A stretch of DNA of 64,000 bases, taken from positions 50,347 through 114,346 of the forward strand of contig DCFW01000005.1 of the NCBI GenBank assembly GCA_002315435.1. The letters are read 5' to 3'. Shown in pieces: positions 1 through 7,985 of this stretch; position 1 is the first letter of the stretch; every line of letters begins with the position of its first letter. The DNA is from Bacteroidales bacterium UBA1794. Its GTDB lineage: Bacteria; Bacteroidota; Bacteroidia; Bacteroidales; Bacteroidaceae. Made by a program: the position numbers and the translations under genes. The notes below the pieces were generated by a model, which was not told where the DNA came from, made no database searches, and saw only the letters and a program-made list of their open reading frames with translations.

Positions 1-312
1 ATTCAGCTGCTTATTATTCCCTTTTCAGCCAAAGATGTTATTCTTTGTTTCAACTGTCAATGATTATCTATTACTGCCAACAAGTTGTATTCATTATTCT
101 TCATAACTTTCGGCGCTTTTCTCTTTTGTTTGCTTGAAATGCCAGTTGTTATGGCATCACTCTTTGTCTTCTGGATATCCAATATTATATAAAAAAGACA
201 ATTGGAGTTATCGAATGTATTCGCTCTCTTTGTGTATTGGGTGGATTCCTATAATGCATTTCTTTTGCTTCTAAGGGGCATTCTTTCTGTTCGTTGTTTG
301 CATTTTTATTTT

Positions 313-418
313 TTACAGCCGTAGAAATGCTTTTTTACGGTTGTGGCACGACAGTTTTACAATTGTAGAAAAGCATTTCTACAATTGTAAAAAAAAGTTT
401 TGTTGCTGGGCAACAGGA
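313..418 (+). repeat. Three adjacent stem-loops (H1 313-346, H2 355-392, H3 398-418) in a gene-free 565-nt region
   Basis: H2: 355-371 TTTTACAATTGTAGAAA is the exact reverse complement of 376-392 (17 bp, loop AGCA). H1: 313-327 pairs with 332-346 (15 bp, loop TGCT). Four of those pairs are G-U, valid only in + strand RNA. 311-327 is a 14/17 direct copy of 355-371. H3: 398-406 pairs with 410-418 (includes 2 G-U). No ORF of 60 aa or more lies in 1-565. Confidence 0.6.
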
Positions 419-565
419 AGAATGCAGGTATTGAGTCAATGGTTTGCACGCATGGATTAGCAAGAATGTATGATAGAACTTCCGCTTTATGCTTTCTATT
501 GATTTAAGATAAGCATAATGAGCGGAATAAATGTATTGAAGGGGTCTCTTGGCTAGATTAAGAAT

Positions 566-1318
566 CTATAGCTCCAATTTAAATTCTATTTCATGTTTGC
601 GTCCATATCGTTTCCAAAATCTTGCACGATAAAATAGAACTAGTCTTATACATTCATTTTCATCAAAATGTCTGATACGTGCATATTCCTTTGCAAGAAT
701 AATGAAAAAGTCTTTTGGTCCCCACAATCGTGCGAAATTAGCACATCCCTTTTCTCTGTTGACCGGACCGAAATACATACGGTTAATATCGACAACTGAG
801 AATTTGTATTCTCCGTTTATCTTTTCGAAAAGTATATTTCCCGGTGAATAATCTTTATGAAGGATTTGAGCTTCGTGCATTTTTGCCGTATTTTGTGCCA
901 GAGCTATAGCCAATTCTTCATAGGTGCCTTTGGATGCATTGCCTATTTCGTAAAGTCGATGCTTATATGTGCAGTGCTTGCTTATGAAATAAGAATAGTC
1001 AATTAATCCATATTTACGAAATTCTATGTAAGCAATCGGTTGAGGAGTTTCTATGCCTTCTTTCAAGAGTGTTGTTGGATATTGATAGGCGCGTAGTCCT
1101 TTGGATGTTCGAAAAAAGGAATATATAAGCTTATTTAAACCCTTTGGCGCATGATATCGTTTGACGTTTATTAGAATGCCATCTATGTCGAACCCTTTGA
1201 TCACGTTGCGACTGTCATAAATGGTGGCTCCCTGTTCAATGAAGATATTGGGTACGTCGTTTATGAACGACTCTAAAAAGCTATATTGAGGGTTAATAAT
1301 AATTGTTGCTTTCATCAT
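566..1318 (-). CDS. Lipopolysaccharide kinase (Kdo/WaaP, InaA-type) family protein
   Basis: 250-aa ORF with a kinase catalytic-loop-like HKDYSPGNILF and a downstream VVDINRM. The size is typical of LPS/Kdo kinases. Its start overlaps the stop of the upstream GT4 gene (ATGA). Confidence 0.75.
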   Translation of the reverse strand: MMKATIIINPQYSFLESFINDVPNIFIEQGATIYDSRNVIKGFDIDGILINVKRYHAPKGLNKLIYSFFRTSKGLRAYQYPTTLLKEGIETPQPIAYIEFRKYGLIDYSYFISKHCTYKHRLYEIGNASKGTYEELAIALAQNTAKMHEAQILHKDYSPGNILFEKINGEYKFSVVDINRMYFGPVNREKGCANFARLWGPKDFFIILAKEYARIRHFDENECIRLVLFYRARFWKRYGRKHEIEFKLEL

Positions 1319-2451
1319 CTCATTACATTTTGATAAACTTCGATTATTCCATCCGCAATTACTTTATCATCAAACCTCTCAACGTATTGAATGCCTTGCG
1401 AAATCATTTGTTCATGCAAGTGATCATCGTGTAAGATTCTATAAATTGCTTGCGCCAATGATTCATCATCGTCCGGTGATATGTATAAAGAGTTGGGGCC
1501 ACCTGCTTCTTCCAAACATGACCCTGTGGCTGCGATGACAGGTAAACCTGAATGCATCGCCTCTATAATCGGAATGCCGAATCCCTCAAACCTTGAAGGG
1601 TATATGAATAGATCAGCAGATTGATACAATGCAGGAAGATCTTCAAAGGGCACTTTGTTGAGGATCGTTACCCTGTCAACCATATTATGCTGGCGAGCAA
1701 ACTCCTCAACTTGATCCGTATATTTAGTTCTCTTGCCAATAGCAACTAAATGTATATCTGAATTTTGCGGATGCGCCAATGCTTTCAGTATGATCAATAA
1801 GTTCTTCCGTTCTTCTATGCTACCAACATTTAGTATATAATGTGTAGGAAGATTGTATTTCTCCCTTACTATGCATTTTTCTTTTTCAGTAATTTTCTTT
1901 TTAAAGGCATCATCGCAGCCTTGGTAAATGACACTTATCTTCTCTGGAGAAATATGAAAATAATTGATAATGTCGCGTTTCGTGCATTCGCTTATGGCTA
2001 TGATCTTATCTGCATTTTCACATGCTTTCCTGAATTTGTATGTATAAATCTTCCTGTCAATAAAATGATAATATTCGGGATAGCGTAAGAAAATCAAATC
2101 ATGAATAGTGACAATCGATTTTATATTGTGCCCTTTTATATTCAATGGTAGTTCATTGCTCAAGCCGTGAAATATATCTATGTTCTCTTTTTGGAGCTGC
2201 TTGGATATCTCCCAAATACGCCAGATGGATGAGAATTTTTTCCAGAAGTCTGTATCAGGAAGGATACATTTAAGTATTGGGTATTGTTTGAGTATCAAAT
2301 CAAGTGACGGATTCTTTCTCTCTTTAGGGGCATAGAGCAAGTAGTTATATTGTGGGTGATACCTGCATAATATACTCAAGATAAAGCGACTGTAATTGCC
2401 TAACCCTGTAAAGTTTTGTACGGCTCTTTTCCCGTCGTATCCTATCTTCAT
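1315..2451 (-). CDS. Glycosyltransferase family 4 (GT-B, retaining) protein, LPS-core context
   Basis: 378-aa ORF. The C-terminal PSRFEGFGIPIIEAMHSGLPVI matches the E-x7-E motif region of GT4 enzymes. It is translationally coupled to the LPS kinase gene. Confidence 0.85.
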   Translation of the reverse strand: MKIGYDGKRAVQNFTGLGNYSRFILSILCRYHPQYNYLLYAPKERKNPSLDLILKQYPILKCILPDTDFWKKFSSIWRIWEISKQLQKENIDIFHGLSNELPLNIKGHNIKSIVTIHDLIFLRYPEYYHFIDRKIYTYKFRKACENADKIIAISECTKRDIINYFHISPEKISVIYQGCDDAFKKKITEKEKCIVREKYNLPTHYILNVGSIEERKNLLIILKALAHPQNSDIHLVAIGKRTKYTDQVEEFARQHNMVDRVTILNKVPFEDLPALYQSADLFIYPSRFEGFGIPIIEAMHSGLPVIAATGSCLEEAGGPNSLYISPDDDESLAQAIYRILHDDHLHEQMISQGIQYVERFDDKVIADGIIEVYQNVMR

Positions 2452-2496
2452 AAACTATTCTTTTTGACGATACTAATTGTTGGCTTATTCGAACAA

Positions 2497-2514
2497 GTAA
2501 TTTTGCAAAATTAC
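2497..2514. promoter_or_regulatory. 18-bp perfect palindrome GTAATTTTGCAAAATTAC; its minus-strand TAATTTTG is a candidate -7 box for the GT4/LPS-kinase operon
   Basis: The palindrome is read directly. It carries the TAnnTTTG motif on both strands, 55 nt upstream of the GT4 start at 2451. Confidence 0.3.
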
Positions 2515-2544
2515 GAAATAATCTCATAGAGCAGTAAAGGATGC

Positions 2545-3594
2545 TTAATAATCTATGATTTTATATGCTGATTCCTCTCTTCGTAGTGGATAATTCCCTC
2601 TAAGCCATTCAAACTTTTCAGGATTTGTCTTTAATTTATTGCTATCATTCAGTGGATTGTAAATCTGTAGCAGTGCTTCCTTCCTGTCTTTCGTCTGTAT
2701 CTCAATGTTTGCAGGAGATGGAGGGTTGATTTGAGCTTTAGCTGAAATCTTGAAGAATCGGCACAAAGCGTCAAGACTCATTTGGGTGGCATTTGCTTTA
2801 CCATCAGCAGAATATCCTGCAATGTGAGGCGTCCCGATGAAGACTTTATTTAGTAGTGGTATCATTATATTAGGTTCATTCTCCCAAACATCTATGACCG
2901 CATCTTCTATTCTTCCTTCAACTAATGCATACAGTAAAGCCTGATTGTCGACAACTTCTCCTCGTGAAGTGTTGATGATAATAGCCTTTTTATTTAATGA
3001 TTGAAGAAAGGATTCATCTGCAAGGTGAAATGTAGGATATTTACCGGAGCGTGTCAATGGAGTGTGAAAGGTGATAATATCACATTCATTGGCTATGTCA
3101 GTTATAGAGCAAAAAGAATTATCACTTTCTTGTTCAGCCCTTGGGGGATCACAAAGAAGCACTTTCATACCTAATTTATTTGCGACAGCCGAAACTTTAG
3201 AACCGACGTGACCGACACCTACAATCCCAAGTGTAAGTTCGTTTAGTTTTAATCCTTTTTCTTTCTCTAAAAGAAGAAGTACCGACTGAATGTATTGGGC
3301 TACAGATCCTGAGTTACATCCGGGACAATTGGTCCAATAAATACCCGCTTCTTTGCAATATTCCGTATCAATGTGATCAAAGCCTATAGTGGCTGTGGCA
3401 ATAAACTTTACGTTGCTTCCGGAAAGAAGAGCCTTGTTGCATTTAGTACGGGTACGCACAATCAATGCATCGGCATCATGAATAATTTGAGGAGTAAATG
3501 ATGCACCAGGCATGTATATCACGTTGACGTCTATATCAAATCCTTCTATTATTCCTTTTATATAGGGTATTTTATCATCAATAATTACTTTCAT
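2545..3594 (-). CDS. pdxB: 4-phosphoerythronate dehydrogenase (D-2-hydroxyacid dehydrogenase family)
   Basis: 349-aa ORF. NAD-binding loop GIVGVGHVGSKV, catalytic-domain PHIAGYS, and a C-terminal extension of about 70 aa as in PdxB. Confidence 0.75.
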   Translation of the reverse strand: MKVIIDDKIPYIKGIIEGFDIDVNVIYMPGASFTPQIIHDADALIVRTRTKCNKALLSGSNVKFIATATIGFDHIDTEYCKEAGIYWTNCPGCNSGSVAQYIQSVLLLLEKEKGLKLNELTLGIVGVGHVGSKVSAVANKLGMKVLLCDPPRAEQESDNSFCSITDIANECDIITFHTPLTRSGKYPTFHLADESFLQSLNKKAIIINTSRGEVVDNQALLYALVEGRIEDAVIDVWENEPNIMIPLLNKVFIGTPHIAGYSADGKANATQMSLDALCRFFKISAKAQINPPSPANIEIQTKDRKEALLQIYNPLNDSNKLKTNPEKFEWLRGNYPLRREESAYKIIDY

Positions 3595-3758
3595 CTTATC
3601 AATTCTTTAACGATATCTTTGAGTGATCGCAGTTTCTTTATATTATTGAATGTTCTATCAGGTGATATGAGATAATGTAACGATCTGGCTTGATGTCGAA
3701 TTTATCGGCAAAAATACAAAATAATAAATAAACAGTTGTTACTTGGGGAAAAAATATA

Positions 3759-3766
3759 TAGTTTTG
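3759..3766 (+). promoter_or_regulatory. Bacteroides-type -7 box (TAGTTTTG)
   Basis: Matches TAnnTTTG, 25 nt upstream of the ATG at 3792. Confidence 0.4.
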
Positions 3767-3791
3767 CATTTCAAAATGAAAACCAATTTAT

Positions 3792-4403
3792 ATGAAAATG
3801 TTTAGCACCCTTTGTAATAAGATCTTTTTACAAGCAACCACTGATTATCACCTTAAAGATGATGTAGATCAGGAAATGAATAATCCATATGAAGTGAAAA
3901 CGATAGAGTTTTATCTTTATCTGAAGAATTGGATTGATGCAGTACAATGGCATCTCGAGGATATTATTCGTGACCCGGAGATTGATCCTGTTGAGGCTTT
4001 AAAGATAAAAAGAAGAATAGATAAATCTAATCAGGATCGTACGGATCTTGTGGAGCTAATCGATAGTTATTTCTTAGACCAATATAAAGAGGTGAAACCT
4101 TTGGACGGTGCTGTAATCAATACAGAGAGTCCGGCTTGGGCAGTTGATCGATTATCCATTCTTACTCTTAAAATCTTTCATATGAAGGAGGAGACTGAAC
4201 GTGCAAATTCAACTCCCGAACATACAGCTGCTTGTAGCAAGAAACTTCATATACTACTAGAGCAACTAAGAGATTTGTCTTCGGCTATCGATCAATTGTT
4301 GGATGATATTCAATCAGGACGTCGATATATGAAGATTTATAAACAAATGAAAATGTATAATGATCCAGCACTTAATCCTGTGCTGTATGGGAAAGATAAA
4401 TGA
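3792..4403 (+). CDS. DUF4254-like protein (uncharacterised, partner of a GT9 heptosyltransferase-like gene)
   Basis: 203-aa soluble ORF with the segment WHLEDIIRDPEI. Its stop overlaps the start of the GT9 gene (ATGA at 4400-4403). The family assignment is from memory of Bacteroidetes synteny and was not searched. Confidence 0.6.
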   Translation: MKMFSTLCNKIFLQATTDYHLKDDVDQEMNNPYEVKTIEFYLYLKNWIDAVQWHLEDIIRDPEIDPVEALKIKRRIDKSNQDRTDLVELIDSYFLDQYKEVKPLDGAVINTESPAWAVDRLSILTLKIFHMKEETERANSTPEHTAACSKKLHILLEQLRDLSSAIDQLLDDIQSGRRYMKIYKQMKMYNDPALNPVLYGKDK

Positions 4404-5434
4404 CTAAGATCTTGATCGTTCGTTTTTCTGCAATGGGCGATGTGGCTATGACTGTGCCGATTGTTTATTCATTGGCAGTACAGTATCCTGAGCTGGATAT
4501 AACTGTATTAAGTCGTAACGGATTTAGTGCATTCTTTGAGAATCTACCACGTAATGTGCATTTCTATGGTGCAGATTTAAAAGGTAAGCACCATGGCCTT
4601 TTAGGGTTGCATAAGCTGTTCTATGAATTGAAAGCACTTCATTTTGATTATGTGGCTGATTTCCATTCAGTGTTACGTACACTCCCCTTTAGAATCCGTT
4701 TCGGATTAATGTGCGTGCCTGTTGCTCGCATACATAAAGGGCGAAAAGGCAAAGATGAATTGGTTCGTAAAGAGCACAAGGTGATGAAACAGCAAGAGAC
4801 TTCATTTCAAAGATATGCAGATGTGCTTGCTCGTTTAGGTTTTCCTTTGGAGCCTTCTTTCAAATCAATTTATGAAAATGAAAAAGGTTATTCCGGATTG
4901 TTTAAGTCATTAACTCCAGCCAAGGCTGATAAAGAAATATGGATAGGCATTGCACCATTTGCCAAACATAAAGGAAAGATCTATCCTTTAGATTTAATGG
5001 AACAAGTTGTTGGTTCGCTTTCAAAAAAGTCAGACGTCCATCTTTTCCTGTTTGGCAGTGGAGCTGAAGAAGAGTCGGTTATGCAGAAATGGGCAAATCG
5101 TTATCAGCAAGTATTTATAACTTATAGACATCTTGACTTGTCCGGCGAATTGTCTTTAATGAGTCATTTAGATGTGTTGATCTCTATGGATTCTGCCAAT
5201 ATGCACATGGCATCATTAGTTGGTACTCCTGTTGTCTCTATTTGGGGAGCGACCCATTCCTATGCCGGATTTATGGGATGGGGACAAAAAGAAGAAAATA
5301 TGGTACAGTTGGATTTGGAGTGTAGACCTTGTTCTGTCTATGGTAATAAACCTTGTTTTCGAGGTGACTATGCATGTATGAACAATATTACTCCCGATAG
5401 GATTGTACGGAAAGTAATGGATGTAATTGAATGA
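4400..5434 (+). CDS. Glycosyltransferase family 9 (LPS heptosyltransferase-like)
   Basis: 344-aa ORF. The N-terminal ILIVRFSAMGDVAMTVP and the C-terminal DSANMHMASLVGTPVVSIWG are typical of GT9 (RfaF/RfaC-like) enzymes. Confidence 0.8.
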   Translation: MTKILIVRFSAMGDVAMTVPIVYSLAVQYPELDITVLSRNGFSAFFENLPRNVHFYGADLKGKHHGLLGLHKLFYELKALHFDYVADFHSVLRTLPFRIRFGLMCVPVARIHKGRKGKDELVRKEHKVMKQQETSFQRYADVLARLGFPLEPSFKSIYENEKGYSGLFKSLTPAKADKEIWIGIAPFAKHKGKIYPLDLMEQVVGSLSKKSDVHLFLFGSGAEEESVMQKWANRYQQVFITYRHLDLSGELSLMSHLDVLISMDSANMHMASLVGTPVVSIWGATHSYAGFMGWGQKEENMVQLDLECRPCSVYGNKPCFRGDYACMNNITPDRIVRKVMDVIE

Positions 5435-5437
5435 TTT

Positions 5438-6367
5438 ATGAAAAAGATTTTGTATAAGTTTTTTTCAGGTTTGTGGTATATACTTTCTTTGTTACCGTTA
5501 AAGTTGTTATATGCTTTATCTGATATCGCATATTATTTTGTATACTATGTTGTGCGCTATCGTAGAGGTGTTGTTCGTCACAATTTAATGACAGCTTTTC
5601 CTGAGAAAGACAGAAATAGTATTATTCTTATTGAGAAAGAATATTATTCATGGTTCTGTGACTATATAGCTGAAACTATTAAGTTGGCATCAATATCTGA
5701 AGAAGAAATAGCCCGTAGAATGAAATTTGAAGGAATGGAAGAAGTTGAAAAAGTTTTCACTTCAGGGCGGTCATCTTTCTTGTATTTGGGACATTATTGT
5801 AATTGGGAATGGATCACATCATTACCACTGTATGCACCTAAAAATATAATATTCGGACAAATATACCATGTCCTTAGCAATAGTATTATGGATAGTCTTT
5901 TCCTTAAAAACAGAGAACGTTTTGGGGCTGTGAGTATAGCTAAAGAGAATACTTTGCGACAAATTATAAATTGGGATCGTGCAAAGAAATTAACTATTAC
6001 GGGATTCATTTCAGATCAGGTACCTAAGTGGAACAGTATACATTATTGGACAGATTTCTTGAACCATGATACTCCGGTTTTTACAGGAACGGAACGGATT
6101 GCACGAAAATTGGGATATGCTGTCTTCTACGGAGATGTACATCGAGTAAAGAGAGGATATTATGTATGCCGTATCGTGAAAATGACTGACAATGCTCGTG
6201 AGACAGATGAATTTGAGCTAACTGAGAAATACATGCGATTACTTGAGCAAGCCATACGTCAGGATCCTCCATATTGGCTTTGGAGCCACAATCGATGGAA
6301 ACGGACTCATGAGAGATTCAATGAAATGTTTCCTGATGAAGAAAGAAGGGGGAAAATCACGAAATAA
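5438..6367 (+). CDS. Lipid A biosynthesis late acyltransferase (LpxL/HtrB, lysophospholipid acyltransferase family)
   Basis: 309-aa ORF with an N-terminal membrane anchor and the H-x4-E acyltransferase motif (GHYCNWEW). It starts 3 nt after the GT9 gene. Confidence 0.75.
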   Translation: MKKILYKFFSGLWYILSLLPLKLLYALSDIAYYFVYYVVRYRRGVVRHNLMTAFPEKDRNSIILIEKEYYSWFCDYIAETIKLASISEEEIARRMKFEGMEEVEKVFTSGRSSFLYLGHYCNWEWITSLPLYAPKNIIFGQIYHVLSNSIMDSLFLKNRERFGAVSIAKENTLRQIINWDRAKKLTITGFISDQVPKWNSIHYWTDFLNHDTPVFTGTERIARKLGYAVFYGDVHRVKRGYYVCRIVKMTDNARETDEFELTEKYMRLLEQAIRQDPPYWLWSHNRWKRTHERFNEMFPDEERRGKITK

Positions 6368-6514
6368 ATGACATTTGTTTAATGCTGATAAGGGACGTTA
6401 TACAGTATATTATATGAGAATGGATTGGAGCTTCGTCCACATTGTAGCATCTTATGAGTGCAAATGCGGTTGATGAGATCTTTCAGATAATAGGTGCTTT
6501 TATAGATCAGACAT

Positions 6515-7144
6515 TTATTTTTTCCTTCCGAAATCAGCAGGGATTTCTCCCCAAGCTTTTGTTTCCCATTTCAGAATGTTTGATTGAGGGATTCGATTCT
6601 CATGTAGCCATTTCTCGGCACGTTCGATCATTTGAAATAGTTCTTCTGTTTTTGATGTACGGCTTAATAAAGTTTTACAACGTTTTTGCTTAATCCAGCT
6701 AATGGCAATCTTACTATCAGAATAGAGATGCATCTTCAGATTGTTCTTCTTTAAGTATGCTAATCCATGTACGATTGCTAAAAACTCTCCAACGTTGTTG
6801 GTACCCAATACCGGACCGAAATGAAATAACTCTGTGCTTGTTGCAGTATATACTCCCCGATATTCCATTTTCCCAGGATTGCCACTACATGCTGCATCAA
6901 CAGCTATGCTATTCGGGTCTGTTTGTTGTGGGGTAGGAGAAGATGCCTCTTTTTTAGTAACCTTTGAATGCCCAATATATTTAAACGGACTATCATTATA
7001 AGCACGCTCAGCTGCTTCTTTGCTATCAAACGACTTGTATTTAGCACTAGAGTATCCTGCAATACTATTGCTGCATTCTTGCCAATTGTCAAAAACACCT
7101 GGTTGCATACCTTCCCATACAACGTAATATTTCTTCTTTGCCAT
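6515..7144 (-). CDS. rnhA: Ribonuclease HI with N-terminal hybrid-binding (viroplasmin-like) domain
   Basis: 209 aa. The N-terminal KYYVVWEGMQPGVFDNWQEC...YKSFDSKEAAERAY is an HBD-type domain. The catalytic DEDD residues sit in DAACSGNPG, NNVGEFLA and YSDSKIA. Confidence 0.85.
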   Translation of the reverse strand: MAKKKYYVVWEGMQPGVFDNWQECSNSIAGYSSAKYKSFDSKEAAERAYNDSPFKYIGHSKVTKKEASSPTPQQTDPNSIAVDAACSGNPGKMEYRGVYTATSTELFHFGPVLGTNNVGEFLAIVHGLAYLKKNNLKMHLYSDSKIAISWIKQKRCKTLLSRTSKTEELFQMIERAEKWLHENRIPQSNILKWETKAWGEIPADFGRKK

Positions 7145-7196
7145 TTGATAGTCGTTAATATTTGTCGCAAAGATATATTATTTCTTCATAAATGCG

Positions 7197-7204
7197 TATC
7201 TTTG
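7197..7204 (+). promoter_or_regulatory. Bacteroides-type -7 box (TATCTTTG)
   Basis: TAnnTTTG match 22 nt upstream of the ATG at 7227, in the divergent rnhA/aroK intergenic region. Confidence 0.45.
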
Positions 7205-7226
7205 TGGAAACAAATATAAGAGCAAT

Positions 7227-7415
7227 ATGGCTAACATGGAAGATATTATAATGAACGGTCTTGTTTTTAAGGGCGAGAAGAAAGTCCAAAAGAATGAGCC
7301 GGAAAAGGTTAAAACTAAAGCGAAGAAAGCGTCTTATATTCGTGGGCTTCACGGTTCTGGATCAGCTAAAATGAAGGAGGGATATCGTCGCCGTCGTGCT
7401 AATCGTCATAAATGA
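7227..7415 (+). CDS. Small basic hypothetical protein (62 aa)
   Basis: ATG-initiated ORF right after a -7 box. It ends 9 nt before aroK, has a Lys/Arg-rich C-terminus (YRRRRANRHK) and uses CGT-type Arg codons. No family was recognised. Confidence 0.4.
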   Translation: MANMEDIIMNGLVFKGEKKVQKNEPEKVKTKAKKASYIRGLHGSGSAKMKEGYRRRRANRHK

Positions 7416-7424
7416 AATAATATT

Positions 7425-7952
7425 ATGGTAAGAATATTTCTGACCGGCTATATGGGAGCAGGAAAGACCACATTGGGAAATGCTTTTTCGTCAAAAATGA
7501 ATTTATCATTTATTGATATGGATCAATACATAGAAAGTCGTTTCCATAAAACCATCCAACAATTATTTGCTGAATCCGGTGAAGATAAATTTAGAGAGTT
7601 AGAACAAAATATCTTGCATGAGGTTGGTTGCTTCGAAGATGTAGTTATATCCACAGGAGGTGGGGTTCCATGTTTCTTTGATAATATGGATTTTATGAAT
7701 TCAATGGGGGAGACTGTATTTCTTTCTGTGAGTGAAGATGTGTTGTATGATAGGCTGAAAGCTGCAGCTCAAACTCGTCCTATTCTAAAGAATAAGTCCG
7801 GTGAAGAGTTGCGCAAGTTTATTCATGAGGGATTGCAGCAACGTAAGCCTTTCTACACAAAAGCAAAATATACATTTTGCGGGGATGATCTTGAAAGTGT
7901 TAATCAGATTGAATGCTCTGTTATTGGATTGCGCGAATTATTATCACTTTGA
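7425..7952 (+). CDS. aroK: Shikimate kinase
   Basis: 175 aa. Walker A GYMGAGKTTLG, the shikimate-binding segment STGGG, and typical length. Confidence 0.9.
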   Translation: MVRIFLTGYMGAGKTTLGNAFSSKMNLSFIDMDQYIESRFHKTIQQLFAESGEDKFRELEQNILHEVGCFEDVVISTGGGVPCFFDNMDFMNSMGETVFLSVSEDVLYDRLKAAAQTRPILKNKSGEELRKFIHEGLQQRKPFYTKAKYTFCGDDLESVNQIECSVIGLRELLSL

Positions 7953-7985
7953 TGTAATTCTTTATTTTAAGAGGATGGATTGCTT

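Noticed and set aside
1-300. Possible truncated gene at the left edge of the window.
   Set aside because: All three plus frames hit stops by positions 63-137. The minus strand gives only a 41-codon TTG-initiated ORF (about 185 to 60) with no recognisable motif. This is not enough to call a gene.
355-392. H2 palindrome as a bidirectional intrinsic terminator for the convergent gene at 566-1318.
   Set aside because: Neither strand has a U-run immediately 3' of the stem. The T and A runs are part of the stem itself, so it does not fit the intrinsic terminator pattern. It is kept as an unexplained structure instead.
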